Shown: piece by piece, positions 36,601 through 48,108 of the stretch
Position numbering within the stretch: the first letter of the stretch is position 1
Layout of the letters: each line of letters begins with the position of its first letter
From: Catajapyx aquilonaris
Lineage: Eukaryota
Reading direction: 5' to 3'
Length of the DNA: 64,000 nt
NCBI GenBank assembly: GCA_000934665.2
Contig: KZ538026.1
Span: 1-64,000, forward strand
Translations under genes and position numbers: made by a program
The notes under the pieces: model-generated
What the model was told of the DNA's origin: nothing
The model's database searches: none
Seen by the model: only the letters and a program-made list of their open reading frames with translations

Positions 36601-39600
36601 TTATTTACAGCCGAAAATTTCGCGCTCTTTTTTTTGGCTCCATTGCTTCTAAGAGTTTCATGGGCTGTTCTTTCCCATTTTTATTTTCCCACACTATAGT
36701 ATGTCATAGGTGGCCTAGTTTGCTCTCAGACGACGCGCAGAAAAGCCAACAATGCCGCTCGTTAGGCCCCCACCAAATGGGCCCACCACAGACTCAATTT
36801 ATCGCCTTTTAGCCCCCCTCGACAAGAAGGCAGCCAGAGCCAGCAGGACACCGGAGGAAAAAGAAGGTCTCATAACTCAGCTCTTGCGGAGAGGAGTCCA
36901 ATGAAGAAAAGTTACGCTTCCCTAATTGGATCTCTCGCTTTTCCCCCACCATCCAAACAACGACACATGCCGGTTATCGTCTGGATCCGACATGTTCATT
37001 ATCCTAATTTGTACAGAGACCTTGAACCCTTTCAGCAACACTTGCGCTTAGGTGCTTTTTGTGGGGTCTCCCGAAAGATAAGGTGGGTCGTAATTTTTGT
37101 CAATGTTTCAACCCGCGGTGGTGAAGCAGCAGCCGGGTTGTAAGTCAATGAATCTGGACCCCCGAAAATCCTTTGGACGCGTCCCAAGTCTCCTGGTGGC
37201 CCATTTTTTTAAATGGTAACCGAGCAGATACGCCCGATTTGGCCGCGTTCACTTAGCCATCATTTCGACTATCCCTTCCAACAGAAAATGGGACAAGTCT
37301 GGACTGCAATGCCTCTCAGCATATGTATATATCCGGAAAATATAGGAAACGGTGCACGTCCTCATTCGGGTGAAGTTGGCAAAATATTTTTCCTACTTTC
37401 AACAGTCGGATGCTGACAGAAGCTTTTTTTTTTTTGCACTGGCAAATGGCATGAAGCGCACTCGACTTTTCGCCAGCAAAAATTAAAGAATACTTCAGAA
37501 ACCGGGTCAAGAGAGGACTAAACGATACAAACAGACCACATCCTTCCAAAAACACTACCATTGTGACCGGATTTACCCGGAGGCCAGAAAAGCGCCGGCA
37601 AGAATTAATTCCACTCCTAAAAGCATTATCGCGGATCACAGGAACTACGTCGCTAAGTCCCCCATCCAAAAAGTAATCGCCCTCTGCCTTTTAATTAAAG
37701 CGGACCTATTATCAACTTCAAGTAAAACAGCTTTCGTCGAACCCCCATTTTGATTATTAATGTATCAAAAAAGGATTAGGCAAATCTTTTTTACTGCAAA
37801 ACATGGTCCGAAAATATTTTCTGTACTATCGATTCATTGAAGGCATCTGCATTAACCCGTACTTAAAAAAAGAGGTTTTAACCGGAACGCATTGCCTCCG
37901 GGTATATGACGCTGGGTACAACGTCATGACGCTACAATTTCGGAGGGGCAAAAAAAAAGTTCATTAAAGATCCGGAGGGAAAAAAAGACTTGGAGACAAT
38001 AACCATTGGCACCTAGCCCTGAAGGCGAGGGTTATCAACGTTGATTATTACTGAACTTTAATTGTGTGGGGGGAAGGGGGGGAGCTAAATAATAGTCAAA
38101 TTAATTTCGTTTTCCCGGAAGGGGTATATGCATCAGGATCCGCCATCCGTATACAACCAAGCTTCAATCAAAACTGCGCCTGATTTACTCAGTTTCTATA
38201 GGCGTCTTTTTGCATTGTATCTGAGGGAGGGGGATCGAACTTTGTTGATTGTCAAAATTTGCAAGCCGGAGGAGGAACACAAAAAAAAGTTAACTTTGTT
38301 TAGAAGCTTCGGAATATGGCGTGTTGCAAGAAAACTGGAATTACGGCTGGCTGTGTACTAATTATGAAACTTTAATGAAATGAGATCGCTGCTGGATGTG
38401 AAAGCCAACCGCTGGGACTTGTTGGCTAAATTTTGACTATTGTTGGATCAGAACCAATTGGTTCCTTTTGAGACTGGTTGCTGGAGGAAACAATCCCTCT
38501 CTTTAAATATGCACTGTTGGTCGGGCAACTGTATTTGCGCAATATTTCCTGGCCATAAACTTTTCCTCCAAATTAACTATGGTCCTCGAAAACTCCGCTT
38601 TAGTATATAACGCCACAAAGTTTCGATAGCAAATTAAGCCAAGCCCTGTGTAAGTACCATGCCCCGTGGAAGTGCTAAACTGTGCAATGAATTACTTACG
38701 CCCATAATTACAGTACACATCGACCTTTGAAACCATTCCCAGAATCAATAGGACTACTTTTGCCATTTATATAGGCTTATGTATATAGCAACGCGGTTAT
38801 TATTTCCAACGAATGGAACATAGTTTTTTTTTCCTGTTCGTTTATAGTTTCGCACTTTAAAAAAAAAAAATCGCACACGCGAAAGTGAGAAGGACGCAAC
38901 AATAAACACTATTCGCACTGACAACTCTTTAATTCGGTAATTGAATCGCACGATTCGTGCCCATGCTGGTTATTGATCGCAAGAGTGTGAGTGATAGCTT
39001 AATTAATTACATTTTATTATGACAATAACATTCCATCAGTTTGTTGTGAAACAATTATTTATACGCGTCGATAAGAATGTCCTAATTAACGAAAATTGAC
39101 CTCCACTATAGCAACATATCCCCTTCCAATTAATACCAGCTGATGTATTGTACTATAGGAAACAGACTGCATGGAAACCCCAGTATAGTAAAATGAAAGG
39201 CTAATGCGTGAGGCGCATGTATATATATATCCGACTGTCTATCTATACATAGATCAGGAAATGTCAGCGGAAAAACCTCGCCCATTATTCTAACACCTGA
39301 CAATTCCCCTTTCATTCAAACGGATCGAACTGGTCACAATTGCACAGACCGAAACCGACTATCGGAAACAGCTCGCATTAATCATTTCGCCAAGTTCTGC
39401 GAATATATTCGGCTCTCCCCCCAAAAAAATCATTCCAACTTTGCACACACATTTTTTTTTTTTGCTATAGCCAGATCGCATTTTAAAGTCCCGTCAGCTT
39501 CAACTGGGGGATGCAGGCAATTAAATGGCGATATAGACGCTTTGCGATTTTAACGAGGATGTAAGGGTAAAGGGCAGCAGCAACTGCGTGTATAAGATCG

Positions 39601-42600
39601 ACGGTCCTCATGAATAGGTAATAGATCTAGTCGTAATAAGTGAGGCTGCTGGGGGGGGGGGGGGNTATAATTAGAACCGTTCCCATGGGAGCCATTGACC
39701 GGTGTAGTTGGGAAAAGAGATGCAAAAAGGCTTTTGGAGCCCCGGAATCAAATTCCCCGATGGCAGAAACCAATATGTAAAAAAAAGCAGCGGTTTCTCA
39801 GAACTCAGCAATGAGAGAAGAAACAAAAAAAAATTCAATCCTGGATTCGAAACTGCCATGACGATTCCCATTTCTGGCAGTGATTGGTCATGAATATATT
39901 TTTTCCGCTTCGAAACATCAGCTGCCGCACAAAAAAAACAGTGTTTCACACCTTGAAACTGCCAAAAGTCCAATCACGTTGCGAACCGCTTTCACGGGCC
40001 TCAGATTTGTCAACGCTATGTGACAGCCATAATTTTAGCTATCGCAACACTGCGACTGATTTTTTGTGTGTGAAAATGTACAGTACAGCAGTAGTCCATG
40101 TGTCACACCAATGCAGCCAACGAATCAGTTAGCTGTCACATTGCGGAATATTCCAGAGGTTTTCACTAACACGAGAACCGTTTGGGGTAGATTCCTGATT
40201 ATAGGAGGGAAATTATTTGAAATAACTATTTGCACAAATGGAAACTCGCTGTTTGAGGTCGGCCACACTGTATAGTTCATCACTGCAACATTTTTAAAAA
40301 CAACCAAAATGTGTAATCCTCGACCCTTGTTGCGAAGTCACATGTGCTAAGCACACTCGGGTGATCTAAACACACAGAAGGGCTCCCCAGGGCAAATTTA
40401 ACGCTCTCTACACACACACAGCTACAAGCCTCGACTGCGGTTAAATATTTAATCAAGTCGTCCTAGACTCCAAGTTAAGAACCTGCTGGGAAAGGAAGAA
40501 AAAAAAGGAGACGAATTCGAATCGACTCGTGCAGTAGCAAAGTGACAAATTGTAGATTTCGAAGCTATACACATGCAGAGTTTGACTCTGACTCCTCTCT
40601 CCGGGCTGCCAGTCGCACAATTCAATTCTGTGACTGAATAATGGAAGCAATTTCGAGTCTGTAGTTCGCTTTTGTACACGTCATCACAATTAAGGCTAAC
40701 AAAGGACCGGTCCCTTGAATCGCCCTGAGCTCGAGTGACTGGCTGCCTTGCTTGGCTGACTTGGATGGCAAAATGTGGACACCCAGGAGAGATATTACGT
40801 GTCTTATCAAAATGTCTTCTGGCGACGCCCTCTTTAGGGGAATTATCCGGCAGGGAATAAAATAATTAGACATTTAAAAACTGCGGTGAAATTACTTACA
40901 CCGTTTGCCTCTATGCAAACTAATTGAGCCAAAAAGTTCGCAAATATTTCGGTCCAACTAAGAACACAGGCAAGCGCGCCATGTATTTTGGCAAGGACTA
41001 ATTTTCCGCACGCGAACAATTTTCGATTGCGAACCGGGGGAACAATTCATAGCCAAACTGCCGAAGAACTGCCCACCCGTTTCTAACTAAATTACACTAC
41101 AGGAAATGGTTTTCCTTCCAAAGTCAAAGTTTAACTTGTGCGAGGTTTGGCGAGCACCAAACAGCAGCAAAATTTCTAGAATTAAAATATAAAGGGCGTG
41201 CACCAGACCGGCAAATCTCAGTTTAAGCCACAGCTTTTCAAAATGTTCCTTGGTCACGGACATACCCCTATAAAGATGGCGCAAAAAAAAAAAAATCGCA
41301 ACATGTGGTTCTCGTTTCCAACCGCATTACAGCAACACTTGGGCAGGAAATTTAAAAACAACTCTTCGAAACTGTGTCAACATTTGCTAAACCCCGCTCG
41401 CCTAATAATGTAAACATGTAGGGAGAATCTCTCACCTTTTTTGTTCCCCTATCCGCATCTCGCCAAAGAATCTTTTGTGTACATATGGTTGGCCCCAGCA
41501 AATGCATGTGGACAGGGTGTTTCGCAAAAATAGTTTGGACAAACATAGGTTAAGCTTGTGGGCGAAATTATTGCGAAACACCCTGTACAACGCATTTGCT
41601 GCATAAAATGTCCCAGCCTGTAAATTGCTCGATGAATAATGAAGGACAGAAACAGGCCGCCGTAATGAAGGCCGATTAATTAGCGACATAGTCTCAGGAG
41701 TACATGAAAAAACCCGAGGTCGATATCGGCATAGTATAGTTTATGCACCGGTGTGCGACGCAAGACCTGGATTACAACTATTGATAGTTCACATTAACGA
41801 CCATCAGAACAATCAAATTCCAAGATCCTCGCATGATAGACTCTTTCACGCAACTGGCAGGGAACACAAGTTTTAATTGCTGCGGTATAACTATAGCGCA
41901 TAAATCACACCGAGCTTTTAATCCAAACCGAGATCCTCTAATGATCCCCGTAAGAGACTGGAGGCTACAAAAAAAATTGGAGGGAAGAAAAACTAAAGAA
42001 AAGAACCTCGGACAGTCAGACCACATCCATTATCGTGATTATCTGTCGCAGTAGTTAGGATCTCCCGGGTTACTTCCTCAGCACTAAGTCATCAGAAAAA
42101 TCTCGCTGGCTCAGATTTTTTTTTCTTCCTTCCCAATTCCTGAAGAGGTACCAATAAAAAAAGTTAAGTTTCTCCCACTGAATCTTCCCGTTTGATCCAG
42201 AAAAAAGAGGGGGCGAGACGATTTAATTTTGTCGAATCCTTACACATCACCGGGTCCTTCAGGCCTCCTGAAAATGTGTAACGGTACGTAAAAGACGGTC
42301 GTAAAATTACGGGTCCGACAGTCGTTTCAACGCCTCTCAAAAAAAAATTATTTTGTAAAAAAAAGAGGACCCAGCAGGGAACCTCTCGTTGGACTAGGTT
42401 CGGACAACAGGTGGCAGCTCCTCGTTAATGACGGTAAACAGTCCGCATAAAATTTAAGTGCCTGTTAAGATCGTCACAGGGCGAACTTTCTGTCGGACCT
42501 GCCTTAGGCTGGAGGAGAAAAAAGCAATTAAACGCTATCTCCGGATGTGAAGGGGGCTTATCTGCTGGTGTTGGAAATGTGCGGAACTTTGGTGGAGTTT

Positions 42601-44347
42601 AGCCCTATCCTCTCTTTTGTCCTTATGGGAAGGAAAAGAGAAAGGGAAAAGACTCTTCCAGGAGAGGAAAGGCTCTTCCTAATGGCAGCAAAGAGAAGGC
42701 TAGGACTTGGGAAAGTGGCGAGTCCTTATCTTCCAAGCCAGCAGTTGCTACCTACATGTCACCACCCGGATTTAAGCAGCACTTCCTTTCCGGAGTGGAT
42801 AAGCTGCATGAGTTGCAAGGGTAATGCGAACTCTCTTGGGAAAACGTAGTTCAAATATTTAAAAAAAGGAAAAGTCGCTGAAAGAAATATTCGTTTAAGT
42901 GATGATTTGCCATGAGCATTGTTTATATGAATTCGTACACGGCGGCTTACAGTAGTACAAGTCTAATGGCAATAAGTTTATTACCGGTTACACGATGCAG
43001 ATACTGCAAAGCCACAGAAACATGGCTCTTGACAATTCAGCCTCTCTCCCAAAGCGAAAATGCACTAACAGCCACTTCCCCTGTGCCAAAAGCACCGAAT
43101 TTGCACTAGCTATATATACCCTTTTACATGAGTGCAAACTGAGATTTCGTAAATGCAAATGCTATTGTCAAAAGACACCAACAGAGATTAATGGCCATTA
43201 TGGTCAACATCATGTTTTTGCTATACTCTAAGAGTGAACTAATAGTGTTTTTGGCGTATTCAGTAGTGAGAGGAAAATGTTTCAAGCCACAGTAATGAGC
43301 ACCTCAATTTCAAATAAATCCTCTGAATAACGCCCCACTCAATTCTCCCGGAAAAAAAAACCCACCACCTTCTCTCAGTTCGTTAAAAAAAAGAACCTCT
43401 CATTATTTCCAGTTGCTGATATAAATTCTCTCCTCCTTCCCCAGTAGGTAACCAATCCTCTGACAGGCTTAGCAACATTTATCAGGATTCTCCCCCCTAT
43501 CCTAGAAAAAAAGGAGGCCCACACCCTAATCTTGACTTCACTTTAGCTGCAGCACCTGCAGGAAGGGAAAAGGGGGGGGGGGCGATTACCCCCCTCCCCC
43601 TTCTGATTCGGGTTAAAGGGACACAAAATCGAGATATTTTTTTTCTGGGAGGAGAAGAGGACCTTCCCTAAGTGGTCCCTAGAGCTAATCCGTCCCCAGC
43701 ATTACCAATTACTAACGTAGCTCCCGGAGCGAATCGACAGTACTGCGGAATCACGGTCTACTGTATTTTCCAACAAAAAGGCCAGTGTTTCCCCGCAGTG
43801 TCCGCCCATTAAATGCATTCGGTTCTGCCCTTTAAATGTGGCTATCATCGCATAATCGGGGACGAAAAAAAAAAACTCCCCGCTTGCTAATTAAATACGT
43901 CGTAATGTATTATTTTTACCGAGGCCAGAATCATCTCCAAAATGCCTGGAACAGCATCAGGCAATTTCATAACGCGCCCTGAGGCTCGATACATTGAAAC
44001 CCACCAGGGCTAAGTGCAAAATGTGATGTTCTGGGCCAAGGGTGATGTGATGATTATAATTGTACAGCATAACTCGGAAGGTATTGAAAACGAGCCAAAC
44101 ATCTTGAGCACGTAATAACCAGCACGTACTGTACACACGGCACTAATGATACGGAAAAACAGGTGTTGACCTCAGCCAAAGTCAAAGTCCGTCAACCCCA
44201 CCATAATGTGTATTGTCCAAGAAAAACACACGAATGGCCCCAAAAAAAATTCGAAGTAGGTTTTTTTTTAAAATTAGACTCACCCTTCTTGGGCTGGAAC
44301 AGCTTCATACTTTGCAAGCGTTTCACGATCCACATGGCCAGCGACAT
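3641..44347 (-). CDS. KChIP: Kv channel-interacting protein (KChIP/KCNIP family neuronal calcium sensor); spliced CDS join(44347-44284,12889-12695,10045-9904,4240-4099,3819-3757,3688-3641), 654 nt, 217 aa
   Basis: Joined translation: MSLAMWIVKRLQSMKLFQPKK-DTELEDMELAPARYRPDGLDSLCKSTKFSKKEIQFVYRAFKQECPTGIISEETFKDIYAKFFPLG-ADSRQYAHYVFRTLDRDKTGSISFGDFLVGLSVLIKGSVHDRLRWAF-SLYDVNKDGRITKEEMLEVITAIYDLMSSTENSIEHDTPRDHVERIFK-KLDLNHDGVVTVDEFMDYCSK-NEDIRNSLAVFDEMW*. KChIP hallmarks are the R-Y/H-R-P-D/E-x-L motif, a non-binding EF1 (ECPxG), an EF2 loop ending in Asp, and canonical EF3/EF4. All introns are GT-AG with matching phases. The core exons are near certain; the first exon is less so. Confidence 0.93.
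3757..3819 (-). CDS. KChIP: KChIP exon (EF4), phase 0-0, 63 nt
   Basis: Acceptor ctgttttgcag; donor AAG|gtattt; KLDLNHDGVVTVDEFMDYCSK. Confidence 0.97.
4099..4240 (-). CDS. KChIP: KChIP exon (EF3), phase 2-0, 142 nt
   Basis: Acceptor tactaatccctgaatatttgtgtcacag; donor AAG|gtgtgt; LYDVNKDGRITKEEML...HVERIFK (not reported in the ORF track). Confidence 0.97.
4294..4380. repeat. Tandem repeat, about 3.8 x 23 bp (GAGCTAGGCCTAGGTGCCACATG)
   Basis: Directly visible; units carry the palindrome CTAGGCCTAG (one mismatch in the first). Confidence 0.9.
4434..4510 (+). CDS. Exon-like segment of the candidate NWD-like gene (WRSDCSAGNSLMKSLKEYKTQIDCQ), GC-AG donor
   Basis: Acceptor gcattttgacag; donor CAG|gcaagt; only one frame is open; phase-0 end matches the 6199 segment. 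Confidence 0.4.
6199..6306 (+). CDS. Exon-like segment of the candidate NWD-like gene (PFLLEKDMDNALSCILHASQTHFWPLVQRKYHINLQ)
   Basis: Strong acceptor gtaactttctcccag, strong donor CAG|gtaagg, 108 nt open in phase 0; D...KYxIxLQ|VV sits in register with the recalled NWD2 D...NYGLEFQVI. Confidence 0.5.
7167..7271 (+). CDS. Exon-like segment of the candidate NWD-like gene (VVYLVIQECGCIETQDESEFWQSRLSKNNEKC...)
   Basis: Acceptor tttattacgcctgcag, phase 0; possible donors at 7260 (gtcagt) or 7271 (gtgagc). Confidence 0.42.
8186..8367. mobile_element. Fold-back MITE-like element with 25-bp outer inverted repeats and an 82-bp internal palindrome
   Basis: AGAGAATCGCCAACTTCAGACGTCA (8186-8210) pairs with 8343-8367; 8259-8340 is a loopless palindrome with one mismatch; TATA flanks. 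Confidence 0.85.
9904..10045 (-). CDS. KChIP: KChIP exon (EF2), phase 1-2, 142 nt
   Basis: Acceptor tactaatttttggttgtgtccacag; donor CAG|gtcagc; EF loop DRDKTGSISFGD and the GSVHDRLRWAF motif. Confidence 0.97.
10362..10415 (+). CDS. Exon-like segment with a degenerate Walker A-like motif (VGFSIYGNYRHGEVATI)
   Basis: CTGAC branch point, acceptor cgtcgcag, donor TAG|gtgagg, phase 1-1; IYG-x4-G spacing as in a NACHT P-loop, but Glu replaces Lys. Confidence 0.35.
10584..10684 (+). CDS. Exon-like segment after the Walker A-like exon (EHSELTQIFPHSPAPSLISVRISSGLAFTSVQYE)
   Basis: Very strong acceptor ccttcttttgcag; phase 1 compatible with 10415; donor GAG|gttaat. Confidence 0.35.
12695..12889 (-). 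CDS. KChIP: KChIP core exon (N-terminal core + EF1), phase 1-1, 195 nt
   Basis: Acceptor ttttttcccgatgtgtttcag with an ACTAAT branch point; donor GAG|gtcagt; encodes TELEDMELAPARYRP...ECPTG...KFFPLG. Confidence 0.97.
14876..15829 (+). CDS. Two exon-like segments (14876-14985 and 15752-about 15829) that join into a WD40-like repeat
   Basis: CAG|gtaaac donor and ctttgtaatcag acceptor, both phase 2; joined peptide ...LCPLYQSARTPIESLGGYDNRIDVVCRPDNKWCRICATDKTRVDVYRVKD follows the GH...PDGK...DKT.V.VWD pattern. Confidence 0.4.
26782..27361 (+). CDS. ORF with a WD40-like segment (VTCASL...SSLAAGLKDGAVSLV) running into a peptide tandem repeat; possible last exon of the NWD-like gene
   Basis: Acceptor cacttcag; open to TAG at 27361; LAAGxxDGxVxL is a WD40-type strand motif. 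Confidence 0.35.
26933..27320. repeat. Minisatellite of 13 full units (30 or 27 bp) plus a partial unit; consensus TTTGATTGGCTGCAGGACTTG(AAG)CAAGCA
   Basis: Directly visible; units 5-8 resemble units 10-13, suggesting higher-order duplication. Confidence 0.97.
28215..28408 (+). mobile_element. Dispersed non-autonomous repeat, copy 1 of 3
   Basis: Shares TATAGC..CTGGT.GACTTTGTCC...TCATCACCAACGTG.ATGTAGTACTA...GCAGTGTTGCCAAAA with 29711-29862 and 47424-47613. Confidence 0.85.
29711..29862 (-). mobile_element. Dispersed non-autonomous repeat, copy 2 of 3 (inverted)
   Basis: Reverse complement matches copies 1 and 3. Confidence 0.85.
41513..41585. mobile_element. Tc1/mariner-type MITE (73 bp)
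   Basis: 15-bp TIR CAGGGTGTTTCGCAA / TTGCGAAACACCCTG, with TA on the right. Confidence 0.75.
44284..44347 (-). CDS. KChIP: Probable first coding exon of KChIP (MSLAMWIVKRLQSMKLFQPKK + G)
   Basis: ATG in CAACCATG context with an in-frame stop upstream; consensus donor AGG|gtgagt in phase 1 joins G+AC to give Asp in frame with the 12889 exon. Confidence 0.65.
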
Positions 44348-44507
44348 GGTTGCGGGTGTTGTGACGTCTCTTGTCGACACTGAGTGTTGCCTCCGGTGAC
44401 CTTGGAGAGCCTGTGGTTGACCTCTGGGGGTTCAGTGTGACCTAGGAAGGGCCATCTTCCCCGAGTCCGCATTCTCTGGTTCATCAACGTCGCAGCTTCA
44501 ACATCAC
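44348..44507 (-). other. Probable 5'UTR part of KChIP exon 2, with upstream ORFs
   Basis: Acceptor ctctgtgtag|G at 44508/44507; upstream ATGs at 44504, 44484, 44472 and 44455. Confidence 0.45.
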
Positions 44508-46663
44508 CTACACAGAGTGTGATGGTGCAGTGGTAATTTTACGCCTATGTAATGCATCACCTCAAATTGCCAATAAAAGCCAAGTACTTTTCAACAGTTG
44601 TTACTGCGATTTTTTTTCTCTCTCCCCCTCTCACTCTCTTTTGGCGCGAAACAGCCCCATCCATTTCGAATTGCGAAGTCAACGAAGCATCGATCAGGAT
44701 TCAATTCAACACACTGTTTAAAATCAATGTAATTAAATTGCAATCCGTGTAATTTAAACCAAATGTAAAGCTTCTATCATATCAATAGGATTAATTTATT
44801 ACATCAACAAATCATTGAAATGTCAATTTTGCGGTGTCCCCGTGATGTCACAATGCCAACTGGATTTGCATACAAATTTTTTGGCCACGATTCACAATAA
44901 GTCACTTGCTCGTCTTTAAAATAGAGGCAGACATGATACGTCGCATATTTTCCTCACAGAATAATACATATTGAGATTAATTCTGTCCGCGGACTTGGGT
45001 CTACTAACCTCCTACAGTCCAAAATTGGGTTTTACAGAAGTGATGAGCGGAGGATGAAGGGAAAAAATAAATTAAGCGAGCCAAAGTCCCCGGAGCCTCC
45101 GGAGGCACTAAAGCAATATCCAGTCCCTCCGATCTAGAAGCCGTCATATTACAAGAATCGATCGTCTTCTTCACCACACTCAAGTTAGTTGACCAGCAGA
45201 GAAAAACGGCAAAGACGTCAAAAAAGATGATATCTCTCGTCTGTCTCCAACCCCCCATAATATTGGATAGAAGTCCAACACACACACAGAGAGAGAGGAA
45301 TATGATTTCCTTAACTCAACAATGATTGTAGGGACTCATTTCCTGCTGTGTATTTAAAAATGTGACCAAGCTTCCAGGCTTAATATTTCAGGCGTGGCCT
45401 TACAGTACGACCCGGCAATGCTGGATGCAAAAATTACTCTGTGGGGGAGATAAAATTAATTAAGTGCAAAAGCAGTGCTTTTCGGAGGAGGAGGGGGGGG
45501 GGGCAAAAGGGGGGGAAACTTTCAACATCAAAGGGATAACTTGATGCAGGTGTGTTAGACACACGAGCGGCCTAAATGATGACACTATAAGTACGCCCTT
45601 TAGCGAGTTGCCATTTTCACGTGTCCGAATACCAAGCGATGATGAGGAGAGAAAAAAAAGTCATTAAAAAAAGTGTGAACGAGTGTCACCGAGGGGGCGT
45701 GGCACACAACAATTAGATTCTCTTCAAGCGACTGTTAGGTTGAACCTGCCTGCATTTTGAGGCTTGAAGGAAAAAATGAGTAATGATCAAAACCAAAGCC
45801 AATCGTTGCCAGTTTGTCACAAGCCATGGGTTGCCTCGGGATTTATTACCTGAATCAATCATCGTCATAAAGGTTGTTTTTTTTTTAAATTTTATCGGAG
45901 CGCAATTTTCTATATAGCCTTAAGAGGTCTTTGCGCCAGATGACATGGAAGCCTTTTGTCAATCAAGGCACATTCAGGGTTCAATATTATCATATTTTTT
46001 TGTAATAAAAAAAGAACGCAGGAAACAGGAAATGATATCAGCACCAAATTTCCATTACCGGAAATGTCAAAAATTCAATTAGGAAATAAGGCTAAGTCAT
46101 TTAAAGGCAACAGAGGGTCGCTCTTAGAGCCATTAAAATGTAATAATTTTTATCCTTCTATGAAATCTATAGCCTGCTACGTACTTTACGGGCACAAAAT
46201 CACCGTATAGAAATCGCATGGAATGGTCAAAACAGTGCGACAATTTACGCACACTACATTAACATTATCAGACGTACGCTGTTACATCAACAACACAGCG
46301 TAATAAAGCCAGGCATTTAATTAAAAAGGCGATTCCACATGAGATCATGGGGTTATTCAATTACCCAATTATTATTATTATGACGACAATTGGATGTAGT
46401 TACTACCAGCACACTATTCTTGACTTTAACTCAGATACACCTCCGCACCAAATTCGCAACAACCTGCATGATCATGCTGCCTGCGCATGCTTACACATCT
46501 TACGAGTGCGTATTATTTTGAACTGGGGGAGTGGATGGGGGGAAATGGCAAGTACTGCGTGTGCACTAAAAATTACACAATAAATCATCCTCTCTCTGTG
46601 TATGTGTGTCCCTCACATGTACTCAAGTAAAAACCGTGTCACTTTATGCAAATGCGGGCTTAC

Positions 46664-46820
46664 CTCTTTAGGCTCCAGAGTTACACCCGAGTTTTTCACA
46701 TCCCTCGATCCGGATCTGGGGTTGTGTTCAAAAATCTTGTTTTTCCCCCGCTCGAGGATGCGTGTGTTTTGTGTTTTTTGTCGGAGCGTGAGTGCAAACC
46801 TTGGCAGCCAGAACTCAACT
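46664..46820 (-). other. Probable non-coding first exon of KChIP
   Basis: Begins at an ATCAGTT initiator, has an A/C-rich body, ends at strong donor GAG|gtaagc; its only ATG is an ATG-TGA start-stop. Confidence 0.5.
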
Positions 46821-46908
46821 GATTCTCCGGTGCTGTGCCCGGGTAGAAAATCCGACGGCGACACGAGCGCGCGGGATTCGATTGGTCCCTGGGAACAACG
46901 CACGTGAC
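46817..46908 (-). promoter_or_regulatory. Candidate TATA-less core promoter of KChIP
   Basis: Inr ATCAGTT (46823-46817), CCAAT about 60 bp upstream (46885-46881), GTCACGTG E-box about 80 bp upstream (46908-46901), locally CpG-rich. Confidence 0.5.
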
Positions 46909-47423
46909 ATGTGCAAGGCAAGCCCACCTTATTCTCTCATCTCTCTACCTGTAGGGGTTTATAATATACGTTCCCGTCTTTTTCTTTTGCATGCGCCGCA
47001 CTTGGCTCTACAGTGCACTGCAGGTCAGGTGCTTTTTCAATTATTCGAGGAACTAAACGGGGATTAACTGTACGAGGATTAATCGATGCACGGCGTAGTA
47101 CAGGGTTGCGTAATAATTAATGTCTTGAACCGTAATGTTATATACATACAGTATCGAACAATCAGCTTTTACAGGTATACAGAGCTTTTCCAGTATACAA
47201 GTACCTATTCCAGTATACTCTGAAAACGAGCCTGTATCCCGAATTACAGCCTACACCCTGTATAATTCTACATCGTACTACTAATCTTCTTATTCTCTCC
47301 GTCTGCTTATATTTCCGTGTTGGCTCATTGCCTATACGTAGTAGTTACCATAGTTTTCACTTTTACCGTTCAACAATCAGAGAGGGTGGGACCCACTTCA
47401 ATGGAGGCGAGACAAGAGCTGGT

Positions 47424-47613
47424 TATAGCACCATGGTGGGCTTTGTCCGCGCGCTGACTCATCACCAACGTGGATGTAGTACTACTTTCGCCCTAAGCAC
47501 GGCAGTAGTGTGCAGACATATAGCATATACGCCAACTCGTACTACATCCAAATTGGGGGGGGGGGGGGGCGCAAGCAGTGTTGCCAAAATTGGGCAAAGA
47601 TCCGCTACTATAG
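47424..47613 (+). mobile_element. Dispersed non-autonomous repeat, copy 3 of 3
   Basis: Same blocks as copies 1 and 2; ends CCGCTACTATAG. Confidence 0.85.
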
Positions 47614-48108
47614 TTTATGGATAAGTTATATAACTATACGTAAGATAATACGTAGATCCAATGGGTTTTAGGCCGATTTTCACAGAGAATGTTGCAACTA
47701 CGCTTCCCTGGAAAGTTCAACGTAACAGTCTCTCTCTCTCTCTTCCCCTGCATTTGGGTTTGCAAACACTTGAAACGACATACATGTGAATTGCGAGCCA
47801 AGCCCCTTGAAACTAATGATCTTGAGGCACATGCCCTAGCTCTCTCTACCTGTAACGAGCCTCGTTGCTGGAGAGACGTATTCAGAGCGGAACCCAGCAG
47901 CCTCACTTATGATCATCAACAGACCTACCCCCCCTCTTTTCAAAGTATGCTTTTCAATAGAGTAACCCCACCAGCAAGCATAACATTGCCAGGAATAATA
48001 TCGCGCTATTTTCGCAAGGCTTAATATACTGACGAGTTGTGGGCCGGCTGGTTATTGGGAAGTGCATGACTATAAAAGGGCTCCACAGTTCTCTCTCGAT
48101 ACATTTCA

